Origin: a virus
Taxonomy: Duplodnaviria > Caudoviricetes
Length of the DNA: 61,323 nt
Virus record (IMG/VR): IMGVR_UViG_3300044714_000062
Location: 1-61,323 of that record
Strand: one strand, 5' to 3'
The notes under the pieces are model-generated. The model saw only the letters and a list, made by a program, of their open reading frames with translations, was not told where the DNA came from and ran no database searches. Made by a program: the position numbers and the translations under genes. Each line of letters starts with the position of its first letter. The first letter of the stretch is position 1. Positions 36,495 through 46,027 of the stretch are shown piece after piece.

Positions 36495-37681
36495 CACGCG
36501 GCCCTCGCTATCGCTTTCGCCCTACGCGCCCGCTCGGCCTCCACGCCCGTCGGGATCAAGACCGCCAGCGGGTCCGCTGTGAGCGGCGGCGTGGGGTCGG
36601 GCTCGTCGGGGGCGCCAAGAATGTCATCGATTTCGCCCTTGATCGCTTCGAGTTTCTGTTTCTTCGCGTTACTGAGGGCTTTCCCGATGCGGTCCTCGTC
36701 GATCCGCAGCTCGAACGCGCCGGCATCGGAGCGCATCGTGATGGTGCCCGACGTGTCCGCGTTCGCGCCGTGCGTGACCATGCTCACGTCGCCCTTATGG
36801 ATCGTCGCGGCCCGTACGACACGTTTGCGGTCACCGTCCGTCCAATCGTCGTCGGTGGCCTTGAACGCGAAGCTCATTTCCGTCAGGTCGCCGCGTTTCA
36901 TCTTCGGCACCAACGCCTGCACATCCGGGTCGGATGGATCGAGGTCCGCGTCCACTTTCAGGCCACGGGTGTCTTCGCTCAACGTCATCGTGCCCGAGCG
37001 AGTCCTAGCTAGCGGGAGTCCTTCGTGGTTGATGAGCAGCACCACGTCCGGGTCTTCGCCCAAGCAGCGCCGGAACGCCCCCCGTGCGAAGGTCTCCTCG
37101 AACCGGCCGACCATGTACGGGATCTCCGTCGTGCTCGCGTACCCCGAGAACCGCAGCCCACCATCGGACGTTTCGCGGATCTCGACTTCGGCTGTGAAGT
37201 CGCGGCGCTCGACGGTACCCTCGATGCTTTCCCGGACACGCTTACGGCGCTCCAGCTCCGCATCGTCTGCCGAGTTGTGCTGTTGGCCGCCAGCTTCGAC
37301 TTCCCCGGTCCCTTCGCACGTTTCGCAGGTAGCGTCGTCCGTCCCGTCGCCCCCGCATGTCGGGCAGACCTCCATGCCAGGCTTGAGTACGCGCGTCTCG
37401 GCGTCGGTCTCGGCCGCACGCCAGCTTTCGGGGAGGCTTGCTGTCGCCTTCAACGCCTCAGCACGCCCCTTGATGTACGCCTTCACCGCGTCACGCACAG
37501 CATCCGGGGCTCGCCCGAGTGCCTGCACGGCGTTCGAGAGGTCGGCGGTGTCCGCGATCGGGAAGCTGTAATGGCCGTCCGGGTTTTTGTACGCCTTCCC
37601 TTCCTTGCCGAGCGTTTCGACCTGCGCGTCGGTGTACTTGGCGCGTAGCTCTGCCTCTGCGCGTATCTCATCATCGGACAT
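36494..37681 (-). CDS. HK97-family prohead protease with extra N-terminal domain and Zn finger
   Basis: GYAST, F.E.F..GAF, LINH..LART, EMSFAF, DVSMVTHGA. Confidence 0.9.
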   Translation of the reverse strand: MSDDEIRAEAELRAKYTDAQVETLGKEGKAYKNPDGHYSFPIADTADLSNAVQALGRAPDAVRDAVKAYIKGRAEALKATASLPESWRAAETDAETRVLKPGMEVCPTCGGDGTDDATCETCEGTGEVEAGGQQHNSADDAELERRKRVRESIEGTVERRDFTAEVEIRETSDGGLRFSGYASTTEIPYMVGRFEETFARGAFRRCLGEDPDVVLLINHEGLPLARTRSGTMTLSEDTRGLKVDADLDPSDPDVQALVPKMKRGDLTEMSFAFKATDDDWTDGDRKRVVRAATIHKGDVSMVTHGANADTSGTITMRSDAGAFELRIDEDRIGKALSNAKKQKLEAIKGEIDDILGAPDEPDPTPPLTADPLAVLIPTGVEAERARRAKAIARAA

Positions 37682-37688
37682 TTGCACC

Positions 37689-39035
37689 TCACTTCGTGGG
37701 TACCGGCACGTTCTTCTTGGGGCCTTTACCGTTCGCCTTCGGCGCTTCAACTTCGCCTTCAGGCGGCACGGCTCCGAATGGCGCGGGCGGCGGGTCGTCT
37801 TCGTGCTTTTCCGCTTCCTTCAATTCCTGCAACGCTTTTTCCAACAGCTCCGTGTTGATCGGCGTGAACACCTTCTTACCTTCACCGTTCGGCAACGGGG
37901 GCATGTCGAAGAACTTGCCGCGGATCTCGTCCGCGATCGTCATACCACCCAGCATCAAAAGGGAACCCGTCTGTGCGCGTTCTAGTTCGCTGCCCCGAAT
38001 GCGATGGCTGATATCGAAGTCAACGAAGTTCCTTGGCGGCAGGCATTCCGTTAGTGCGCGCGCCACCCGGCAGGTGTAGCCCACCAGGCAGTTGGCGACG
38101 AAGGTGCGCTCCTGCTGCTCGATGCCACGCCCAAAGCTCGTGCTGCGTTCGTTCAAGCCGACCATGTGCGGGGGGATACGGAATATGACCCCGCTGATTT
38201 CCTCCGCAGAGTATTTGCGGGCTTCAAGAAGCTGCTGGTCGGCGGGGCTGAGCTGGATCGGGTTGAACTTCGCGCCCTCCGTCAACACCGCCGGCAAACT
38301 CGACTTGGCTGGCCCCTGGTGCGCCGCGTTCCACGACGCCGCCATCTGCTTCGTAGCGGGTTCGCTCAACCCGTTCGGGACTTCGATCACGCCTCGCGGG
38401 TCCGCGCCGTTGGCGTACACGTTCGCTGCGAACACATCCATCACATGGGCGACACCGAACGAATACTTCATCACCTGGATCGGGTTGAGGCCGAGGAGAT
38501 GGCCTGGCATCGTCTGATAGCGGACGTGGAAGACGTCTTCGGTGGGGATGGGTTTCCCCGCGAAGAACCACAAGACCTCGCCGTTCAGCTTCACTTCGGG
38601 CCGCACCACGTCGGGTGAGACGGGCATGATCTGGGTGGGGTACCCCATGTCGTCCCGTTCGATGATCTGCCCGAAGAAGTTGCCTCGCAGGGCCAGCGCC
38701 CAGATGAACATGACGAGCCAGTCCGTGAGGCTGATCGGCTCGTATGGTCGTTCCAGCAGCGGTGGGAGCTTGGTTTCTTTCGCTGTGACCTGGTTAGCGG
38801 GCTTGTCGAGCACCCTGAGCGGCAGGGAGGCCACGGAGTCCGCGAGAAGGGCGCAACAGCCGTACACGGCCGCGATCTGGCTCGCGCTCTCCGTCGTGAC
38901 ATGCAACCCACCAACCGACCCACCAACCGAGCCTGGTGCTGGCGGCGCGGTGCTTCCCCATTCCAAAAAAGGATTGGCGCCGCGTGCCTCAAGTACGTTG
39001 GCGACCGCCCGGCGTACCATCGATGACACGGGCAT
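37689..39035 (-). CDS. Portal protein, HK97 family
   Basis: AVYGC..LLADSVASLP; LRGN; VFHVR; GLNPI; IFRIPPHMVG. Confidence 0.95.
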   Translation of the reverse strand: MPVSSMVRRAVANVLEARGANPFLEWGSTAPPAPGSVGGSVGGLHVTTESASQIAAVYGCCALLADSVASLPLRVLDKPANQVTAKETKLPPLLERPYEPISLTDWLVMFIWALALRGNFFGQIIERDDMGYPTQIMPVSPDVVRPEVKLNGEVLWFFAGKPIPTEDVFHVRYQTMPGHLLGLNPIQVMKYSFGVAHVMDVFAANVYANGADPRGVIEVPNGLSEPATKQMAASWNAAHQGPAKSSLPAVLTEGAKFNPIQLSPADQQLLEARKYSAEEISGVIFRIPPHMVGLNERSTSFGRGIEQQERTFVANCLVGYTCRVARALTECLPPRNFVDFDISHRIRGSELERAQTGSLLMLGGMTIADEIRGKFFDMPPLPNGEGKKVFTPINTELLEKALQELKEAEKHEDDPPPAPFGAVPPEGEVEAPKANGKGPKKNVPVPTK

Positions 39036-39077
39036 CACCCCCTCGGGGTAGACTTAGGGGATGGATCAAACGGCCAA

Positions 39078-39311
39078 TCAAGCGGCCTGCTGAGCCCGTC
39101 GCTGCTGCCGCTCCAAGCGCCGTCGAGCAAGCAGACCCCGAGCCTTGACCCACACGGCCGTCGCCCGCTTGAGCCGCACGTTGTCCGCTGCAACCCCAAG
39201 AAACAACAAGCACGGTGCGGCAGCGATCAGCGCCCAGCCGGGGTTGGTGAGGTAGTCCACTCCGGCGACGAGGCTGGCGAGGCCGGATAGCTCAAGCAGG
39301 TTCGAGAGCAT
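39078..39311 (-). CDS. Small two-TM protein before portal
   Basis: Hydrophobic; common position. Confidence 0.65.
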   Translation of the reverse strand: MLSNLLELSGLASLVAGVDYLTNPGWALIAAAPCLLFLGVAADNVRLKRATAVWVKARGLLARRRLERQQRRAQQAA

Positions 39312-39502
39312 CAGCCTTTGCGTTTCTTCCGCTTCGGCAGTTCGCGGGCGAACCCGAACGGCACCTTCTTGGGCTTCGCCTTAGCCTTGGCTTTCTTCTT
39401 CGCGGGCGTCGCTGCGGGCTCGATGACCTGGATGCGCTCAGGGCTCGCCGCGTCGCTGCTGTTCACGAACCACGGTTCCCCGGACCACTCGTTCCAGCGC
39501 AT
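39311..39502 (-). CDS. Small basic protein
   Basis: Coupled ORF; PFGF motif. Confidence 0.45.
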   Translation of the reverse strand: MRWNEWSGEPWFVNSSDAASPERIQVIEPAATPAKKKAKAKAKPKKVPFGFARELPKRKKRKG

Positions 39503-39780
39503 TACTCGTAGGCGATGATCGCGGAGGCCCGCACGTTGTACGGCGAGCCGTTCGGGTTTTCCAGGTGGAGCACCGCGTCGGGCGCGGGAAGGCCCTCACC
39601 GTTCAAAGCGGCGACCACGGGTGCGACGTCTCGCAGGTTGATCGTCTTGCCTGTGACGAGTTCGATGCTGCCCGGCTCGGCCGGTGGAATGTCGGGCTCC
39701 GGGGCCATCTCGGGCTCAACGGGAGCTGGCGCCTCGGGTGCCTCTGACTGGACTGCGGGGTCAGCAATTGAAGCCTCCAT
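39502..39780 (-). CDS. Hypothetical protein
   Basis: RBS; Pro-rich N-terminus. Confidence 0.55.
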   Translation of the reverse strand: MEASIADPAVQSEAPEAPAPVEPEMAPEPDIPPAEPGSIELVTGKTINLRDVAPVVAALNGEGLPAPDAVLHLENPNGSPYNVRASAIIAYE

Positions 39781-39811
39781 GAGGCCCCCTTTCTGGTTAT
39801 ACTTACATAGG

Positions 39812-40084
39812 ATGGGTGAGGGCTTGGACAAAGCTGTTGCGACCGACGCCCCGGAGAGCTACTTCTTCGGGCCGGTCCACGGGATCAATCTCTCCGACGA
39901 GCAGGCCGTAGACCTGATTCGCTGCATCCCCGGCTCCCGATGCCTTCCCGAGGTACTGATGGGCTACCTTGGCCGACGCTGGCAGTGGACGAACGGCCTC
40001 ATCCTCACCTACGAGGGGAAAACCAAACAGTTCCGGCTCCAGTCCAATGGGCAGCAGTTCGAGACCGGAGCGTTCGACCGATGA
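39812..40084 (+). CDS. Hypothetical protein (leaderless, antisense cassette)
   Basis: TATACT 7 nt before the ATG. Confidence 0.55.
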   Translation: MGEGLDKAVATDAPESYFFGPVHGINLSDEQAVDLIRCIPGSRCLPEVLMGYLGRRWQWTNGLILTYEGKTKQFRLQSNGQQFETGAFDR

Positions 40085-40335
40085 GACGCAACTTGACGAT
40101 CAGCTTCGACGCCGACTTCATCGAGCACATCGACACCGACCGTGGCGAGCTCTCGCGCGGCAAGTTCATCGAAGCCCTCATGCCGGGGCATGGTGAACTG
40201 CTGCTGCGCCCCGGCGAGAAGACATCAGGTGGGTTCGCGATGCTGGAGCCCATGTCACGCGCCCAAGCGGCCGTCGCTCATCGTCCTACGTGCTCTTGTG
40301 CGGTCTGCAAACCACCGAAGGAGAAGAAGGCATGA
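40081..40335 (+). CDS. RHH-like DNA-binding protein with C-terminal Cys/His cluster
   Basis: NLTISFD..IEHID..RG.LSRGKFIE; H..CSCAVC. Confidence 0.6.
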   Translation: MRRNLTISFDADFIEHIDTDRGELSRGKFIEALMPGHGELLLRPGEKTSGGFAMLEPMSRAQAAVAHRPTCSCAVCKPPKEKKA

Positions 40336-40444
40336 CGGGCAGCGATGTGATCGCCGACTTCCGCTATGCGCTCCGCAAGGCCCGCGACGACGGCGAGATC
40401 AACTGCGATGACACGCTCCGCGACCTCGAAGAGCGCCAGGCCGC

Positions 40445-40714
40445 GTGAGCAGTTCTCCAATCTACATCCTGCACTGCATCCGCTACGACGACTGCTGGGT
40501 TGCTGGCGTCTTCTCCAGCGAGCAGGCAGCGTCCATTGCTGCTGCGAACCAGCTTGAGCCGAAGGGCCGCGCGTTCGGTGTCTATGTCGAAACGTGGACC
40601 GTTGATGGCGAGCGCACTGCCTCGGTGCATCACCGTTGCCCCGAAGACGAGAGGGCAGAGCCCGAGATCCAGTGGCGCGCCTGGCCTCGATGCACACTCC
40701 CCCCTCAGACGTAG
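40445..40714 (+). CDS. Hypothetical protein
   Basis: IYIL..GVFSS..A..VE.W.VD pattern of small phage proteins. Confidence 0.55.
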   Translation: MSSSPIYILHCIRYDDCWVAGVFSSEQAASIAAANQLEPKGRAFGVYVETWTVDGERTASVHHRCPEDERAEPEIQWRAWPRCTLPPQT

Positions 40715-42225
40715 TCGTTCAGGTCGATGACTTTCGCGTCACCCGGCACCGCGAGCGTCTGAGCGCCCCACAACGCCAGCGTGACCGCCACCAACGGCGT
40801 GATATCGACCGTGCTGTCCGTCCGTGACCATGCCCAGCGGTCGCTGAGCTTCAGCTTGATCGCGCCGCGGATCGCCTCTTTCAACTCGGGGGTCCCGAGA
40901 TGCCGCAGCTCGCCGTCTTTGACGGCATCGAAGATGATCCCACAGCCCTGCGCGTGCTCCGCTTTCGAGACCGGGGTGACCTCAATCCGGCGTTTCGCTA
41001 GGTCGGGGAGCAGCGCAGCGCCCTGACCTGACACGTCCACGATTATGGACGCTGGCGCATTCTTCGCAGCCACGGCCTCGATCAGATCAGCGATCCAGTT
41101 CGTGTTCCGCTTGTGCTCCAGCACCTCAACATGGAGCTTTCCATCCATCCGGTGCCCGGCGATCGCTACACAAGACCGGGTGCGGTTCGGGTCAACATCG
41201 AACGCCAAGGCGAACGGCCCCGTCGGTGCGGACTCCGGGTCAGCACACGCATCCCACGCCTCGGGGCTGATCGGCCGTTTAGCCGACTCGTCCGTGTCGG
41301 GCCAATCCCCCGCGCCAAGCCTCTCGACGGCGAACGTGCGGGCGCTCATAGAGCGCTGCTCCATCGCAACATGCTCCACGGAGATCCTGACCCCCAAGGC
41401 GGGGTTAGCTTCCGCCCACCGCTCCACGTCCACGGCCATCTCCGGCGTCACCTGATCGGGCCCCTCCGCATCCACCGAGTGCTCCGCATACACGAGCGAC
41501 GGGTCACCGCCCCGCAGCGCGCGCTCACGCAGCCGTGCGAGGACAATCCCATCCGGGTGGATTTCCTGGTCCACCGCCGAACTCGAATACCAGAGCTGCG
41601 GGTTGCCCGTGATCGACTTCGCCGACACGACGGGCATCAGCGCGCCGTGGAACGCCTGCGGGCAATCGTAGGCCTCGTCTAGGTACACCGTGTCCGCAGA
41701 GAAGCCCCTAGCACCACCCCCGGTGCGTGTACGGAACCTGAGCCGTGGTGCGCGGCCGGTCTTTGGATGCCGGTGGAGCTGGATCGCTTCGCTGCCCTTT
41801 CCGCGATCCATTTTCTTCACGCGCCGGCTGAACTCCGGTGTCCCATCGATCAACGCTTCCAGGCGTAGAAACTGCTCGACGCTGGTGTCCGCCATGTGCG
41901 CCGAGTGGATCTGAAGATCTTCTTCGAGCAAGAAAAGGCCCGTCAACTGCCGGACCTCAAGCTCCCCGTTCTTCCCGTTCTGCCGCGGTGCAACCTCCGC
42001 GACCTCCAACGCAGCCCACCGGCCCTCCAAGGTTTCCCCCAGGCCAGCGATCAGGTGCGTGGACTGCCATTCATCGAGGATCAGCCCAGCCATCTTCCCC
42101 AGGTCGATCGCTTCCAACCCCGTCGAGGACGCGAACGGTGGAGCGTGGAAAATCCGGGCTTGCTGGTGGCCCCTAACTGGCGCGGCGCTTCGCTCTCTGG
42201 CGAGCAATATCGTCGAGCCGGTCAT
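40705..42225 (-). CDS. terL: Terminase large subunit
   Basis: Walker A PRQNGKN, Walker B VYLDEA, ANPALG, AFDV nuclease motif, DITPLVA. Confidence 0.95.
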   Translation of the reverse strand: MTGSTILLARERSAAPVRGHQQARIFHAPPFASSTGLEAIDLGKMAGLILDEWQSTHLIAGLGETLEGRWAALEVAEVAPRQNGKNGELEVRQLTGLFLLEEDLQIHSAHMADTSVEQFLRLEALIDGTPEFSRRVKKMDRGKGSEAIQLHRHPKTGRAPRLRFRTRTGGGARGFSADTVYLDEAYDCPQAFHGALMPVVSAKSITGNPQLWYSSSAVDQEIHPDGIVLARLRERALRGGDPSLVYAEHSVDAEGPDQVTPEMAVDVERWAEANPALGVRISVEHVAMEQRSMSARTFAVERLGAGDWPDTDESAKRPISPEAWDACADPESAPTGPFALAFDVDPNRTRSCVAIAGHRMDGKLHVEVLEHKRNTNWIADLIEAVAAKNAPASIIVDVSGQGAALLPDLAKRRIEVTPVSKAEHAQGCGIIFDAVKDGELRHLGTPELKEAIRGAIKLKLSDRWAWSRTDSTVDITPLVAVTLALWGAQTLAVPGDAKVIDLNDYV

Positions 42226-42604
42226 CCGGGACCTCCTTCGGCGCCAGCTCTCGCAGCCGATCCAGAGTATCGCGCATCTCCCGCGCGCACATGCTCTTTG
42301 AGGTCGCCGAGTTGTAGGGATGCTCGATTTCGCGGGCGAGCGCCACCGCCGATGCAGCGAGAGCCGAGTCGCCCAGATCCTTGGCGCGCTTACGGACCGC
42401 CGCGACATCGCGTTCAGCCGCATCGATCACGTTCGCCCTCGCCGACATGCTGAACGGCTCCGGGAACATCGGTCGCGCAGCCTCGGCGGACATTTCGATC
42501 AACACCCGGGCGCCTTTGCCAAACACGCTGACGACTCGCGCTCCCTCAGCGTAGAGATCGACCACGGGCGCCGACGGTTTACTCGGCGTCTTGCGAGGGG
42601 CCAT
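42173..42604 (-). CDS. terS: Terminase small subunit
   Basis: A..LA.EI..AREMR.TL..L..D.LDDIA.QR..R; directly upstream of TerL. Confidence 0.75.
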   Translation of the reverse strand: MAPRKTPSKPSAPVVDLYAEGARVVSVFGKGARVLIEMSAEAARPMFPEPFSMSARANVIDAAERDVAAVRKRAKDLGDSALAASAVALAREIEHPYNSATSKSMCAREMRDTLDRLRELAPKEVPDDRLDDIARQRAKRRAS

Positions 42605-42867
42605 CACCACCACGCCTTCGACCGGCTCCTACGCCCCCCCAACACACGCCGATTCCGCTCCCCCACCCCACACCCCGAATGCTCAGGCCCCGCATAGCCA
42701 CCATTCCGATGGTCATGCCCAAGAAACCAGCGCGACCCCGGCTCAATCCAGCCACCGCACTGCACGCAAAACGCGCCACCAGCCTCAACCACACGCGCCA
42801 CACGCGCACGTTCACGCAAATGCTCCGGGCCATACCCACGCTCATATGTGGTCCCCCGAACCGCCAC
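42604..42867 (-). CDS. HNH endonuclease (packaging-associated)
   Basis: RGYG..H; CxxC; LGH; GPEH..C..N; probable leaderless GTG 7 nt after a TAAGCT -10 (42875-42880). Confidence 0.75.
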   Translation of the reverse strand: MAVRGTTYERGYGPEHLRERARVARVVEAGGAFCVQCGGWIEPGSRWFLGHDHRNGGYAGPEHSGCGVGERNRRVLGGRRSRSKAWW

Positions 42868-43036
42868 CCCCAACAGCTTAAAGCAAGAATGGGGGGATTT
42901 TTGACCTGGAGCGGGTCGTCTAGTGATCATCCCCGACTTTCATACCCGGCGCGAGTAGGGGTCGAGCTAGCTCAGTGCTTGCGTAGCCTGACCGTGACCG
43001 GTCGAGGGAAGACAATCTCGATGAGCTTCCCGAGTT

Positions 43037-43375
43037 CTAGAGCGCGTCTGAGTCGAACCGGGCGATCGCCATAACCCGCTGAGGCTTGGGGTGTGGCGAC
43101 AGAACGGGTGAGAGGTCGTCGTCTGCGCTCGGGTGCGCGTTGTACCCGAGCGCAATGGCGATTGCGTCCGCCACGAACGGCACGACACGCTCTGCCTCGG
43201 CGACCGTTAGCTCGATCCCGAAGCGGTCATCGAGCACGACCGTCATCATGCCGCCGTCATGGACCTGGGCGTGCAGAAACGGCACGCTCCAGCCCGAGAC
43301 GACGACCCCGTGCTGAGAGAACGGGCCAGGGAAAGTGACCCGAGACTCGGGCAGTTCGATAGCGTCTGAATCCAT
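43037..43375 (-). CDS. Hypothetical passenger protein
   Basis: AAGGAGG RBS; 112 aa. Confidence 0.65.
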   Translation of the reverse strand: MDSDAIELPESRVTFPGPFSQHGVVVSGWSVPFLHAQVHDGGMMTVVLDDRFGIELTVAEAERVVPFVADAIAIALGYNAHPSADDDLSPVLSPHPKPQRVMAIARFDSDAL

Positions 43376-43437
43376 CAGCCCTCCTTGAGTTTCGCTTCCG
43401 GAGGCCGAATCCTGCCCCCTGGCGTGGGTTTGCAAGC

Positions 43438-43632
43438 TACGCTGCGTGGAAGGGCCTGTATCGGGGCCGTGCGTCCGTGGAGCGCGCGTTCGGCAGGCTC
43501 AAGAACGAATGGGCGCTGGCGCCGCTCCGCGTGCGCAGGATCGAGCGCGTGCGGCTACACGCCGATCTCACGATCCTCTCGCAGCTATCGAGCGCACTGA
43601 GCAGGGAGCGCGCCCTGGCAGTGGCGGCGTAG
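43438..43632 (+). pseudogene. C-terminal fragment of a DDE transposase (IS4/IS5/IS1182-type YREK region)
   Basis: Translates to WKGLYRGRASVERAFGRLKNEWALAPLRVRRIERVRLHADLTIL..LAVAA*; N-terminal part absent. Confidence 0.8.
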
Positions 43633-43651
43633 CCCGCCACAAGTACGTGCG

Positions 43652-44143
43652 TCAAGCATCGTTGGCCTTTTGGGCCCTCCGTCGTCGCCTATAGCCGAAG
43701 TACATCCGGACGCTCCGCACCAACAGCCCCCGCCCCGTCTTGTCAAAGGCTTCCCGATCCTGCTGTGCGTATTTCGCCTGGATTGCCTTGACGCGAGGGT
43801 CTTCGTCGTACACGCATAGCCGCCTCTGAATGTCTTGGTGCAGCGCGCGAATATCTTGCCGCTTCTGATCGCGAAGCAGCAAGCCGCCAACGAGCAATGC
43901 TGCGCCCAGCACCACGGCAAGGAGCGCATCCCCACTGAGCTTTTCCTTTGCCACCCAGCCACCAACCCCGGCACCCGACAAAAGGGTGCCAAAGGCAAGC
44001 AACGGCGCGGCCCTATCCCAGAGCGCAAGCCTGCCAAGTCGCTGCGCCAGCTCATACAGGTCCACGTAGCGCTCCCGGGTGTGCGCGTGAGCACCTGAGC
44101 GCGGCGTGCCTAGCACCCACACTCTGGACGGCCGCTTTCCCAA
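43652..44143 (-). CDS. Two-TM passenger protein
   Basis: Two hydrophobic helices and a charged tail. Confidence 0.6.
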   Translation of the reverse strand: MGKRPSRVWVLGTPRSGAHAHTRERYVDLYELAQRLGRLALWDRAAPLLAFGTLLSGAGVGGWVAKEKLSGDALLAVVLGAALLVGGLLLRDQKRQDIRALHQDIQRRLCVYDEDPRVKAIQAKYAQQDREAFDKTGRGLLVRSVRMYFGYRRRRRAQKANDA

Positions 44144-44206
44144 CGCGTATGGCGGGGATGATCAGCCTGCGCTGCCGCGATCGTAACAGGCCCTCCGACG
44201 GAAGGG

Positions 44207-44980
44207 TCATGCGGCCATCATCTTGCGGTCGAGGGCTTTGACTTGGCGTTCGACGCCGCGCAGAGTCTTGATTGTCTCCGGGGTGCGCGCATAAGCCCTG
44301 ATCTCTGCGACGACGGCGAGCAGTCGCTCTCGCTGGAGGATGTAGCCGTTGGTGTGGTTCTCCTCGGCGCGCTCGGTGATGCGGTCCTGCACGGTCTCTA
44401 GCACGGCCTCGCCCTCGCTTTTCATCGCCACGGCCTTGCGGGCAGTGTACCCGCGGTCCTCGACGGTTTCCTTCGGACGAGGCGCTCCGCATGTGCAGGT
44501 CGTGATCGGCCTGCCCGTCAGGTAGTCGATGTCTGGGAACGCGCGGCCACACGGCTTGCCCTTCCGTGGACCTGTGGTCAGGACGGCTGTGCAGACGGGG
44601 GCTACGGGTGCGGTAGCACGGAGGAGACGTGCGCGGTCGGTCTTGTCGTGGGCGCCTTTCTCAAACCGCACCAGCCACCAGTCGCCATCACGTTGGACGC
44701 CGTTGTCCAAGACCGTGATCCTCAGGGTCTTCGTTGGGCGGTCGCAGAGGTCGATTAGCGCCAGGACCGCTCGGGCTCGTGTGGGCTGCCGTGCAGCTCG
44801 CTCCCGGTACTGGTCGAACGGCACGCGGGGCTTCAGGGTGTAGACGCCTTGGGGTCGCATCGGGCAGCGCTTCAACTGCGGGTCCCACCGGTCACCCGGC
44901 TTGCCGTACCGTACGGGTAGCCGCAGCTCGCGAAGGGCGGTACGCCTGATGGCCTCGAAGGTCGCCGGGTGGATCAGCAC
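44207..44980 (-). CDS. Hypothetical protein (possible ASCH-like N-terminus, Zn finger)
   Basis: FEAIR..LR.P start; Cys cluster. Confidence 0.5.
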   Translation of the reverse strand: MLIHPATFEAIRRTALRELRLPVRYGKPGDRWDPQLKRCPMRPQGVYTLKPRVPFDQYRERAARQPTRARAVLALIDLCDRPTKTLRITVLDNGVQRDGDWWLVRFEKGAHDKTDRARLLRATAPVAPVCTAVLTTGPRKGKPCGRAFPDIDYLTGRPITTCTCGAPRPKETVEDRGYTARKAVAMKSEGEAVLETVQDRITERAEENHTNGYILQRERLLAVVAEIRAYARTPETIKTLRGVERQVKALDRKMMAA

Positions 44981-45011
44981 AGGGGGATGCTCCGTATCTG
45001 CTGGGCGAGAC

Positions 45012-45560
45012 TCACGCGAAATCCCGGCGCTTGATCTTTGCCATCCGGCCGTCAGGATGGTGCCAGACGATGCCCTCGAAGCTGCGTCTCTGCACCCACT
45101 CGGCGATCGTCTCGAACGTCAACTCGGTGGGGCGGTCAAGGAGTCGATGCGCCTCGGCGTGCGCGACCAGTACGTGCGCCTTGAAGCCCTCCGGGTTGCT
45201 GTTGATCTTTGGCCCGCACAGCTCGTAGGTGCCGGCCGGTGGGTCTTGGAACTCTGGGAAGCTCAGCGCCTGCGTGTGCCACTTCGCGAACCCGGATTGC
45301 TCGATCGGCTCCCAGCCGACCGTCTTGCCCGTGTTCTCGTCCGTCTCGATGGGCTGGAAGTTCTCGGGTGGCTGCTTGCCGGGCTTGACCTCCCTGCGCG
45401 CCCACCAGCGGTCGCCGTCGAACATGCAACACGTCCCGTCGTACTTGCGAGTGGCGACGCCCTCACCGGCTAGCACCCACTCGCAGCCTGGCGTCACCTC
45501 CGGCAGCAGGTGGCGCATGTCCTCCGAGTCGCGCTTGAACAGCGTCGGTATCTTCCTCAT
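45012..45560 (-). CDS. ATP-dependent RNA ligase-like protein (DUF5565 / RLIG1-like)
   Basis: KIPTLF, ATRKYDGT (KxDG), TYELCGPKIN.NP, EGIVW, AKIK motifs. Confidence 0.8.
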   Translation of the reverse strand: MRKIPTLFKRDSEDMRHLLPEVTPGCEWVLAGEGVATRKYDGTCCMFDGDRWWARREVKPGKQPPENFQPIETDENTGKTVGWEPIEQSGFAKWHTQALSFPEFQDPPAGTYELCGPKINSNPEGFKAHVLVAHAEAHRLLDRPTELTFETIAEWVQRRSFEGIVWHHPDGRMAKIKRRDFA

Positions 45561-46027
45561 CCTGCTCCTTTGTGGTCGATGGCCTGAAGCTTGAACTGGA
45601 GCCATTTCTCGATGAGGCCGAGTAGCGCCGCGACGACCTTCGCCTCGTCGCTGACCGCCTCAACCACCCGGAGCACGTGGAGTAGGTACGGCGTGCGTGC
45701 CACCGGTCATAGCCAGCCGGGTCATTCTGCCGGGCTCCCTGAATCATCGGATCGGCGTTGAAAGCGTCGCAGTGCTTCTCGGCCTGCTCACGGGTCATGT
45801 AGAGCGCATGGAGGCAGGAATCCTCCCATTCGTGTGTCCAGACGCCGTAGACGATCATTCAACCTGCCGCCACTCGGACTCTTCGCGTCTCCATTGATGT
45901 TGCAAGCTGTCGCCGGGACGGACTGCGGCGCGCGCCTCCTCCTCATCCCCGGTTTCACACCACAGCGACCCATCCGGCGCCAGCACACGCCACCAACGGC
46001 CCTCTTGCCATTTGGTCGTCGAATCGC

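Larger units (their letters stand above)
42924..44164. mobile_element. Degenerate IS-derived element bounded by 12-bp inverted repeats
   Basis: TGATCATCCCCG (42924-42935) and CGGGGATGATCA (44153-44164) enclose a transposase fragment and two ORFs. Confidence 0.6.
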
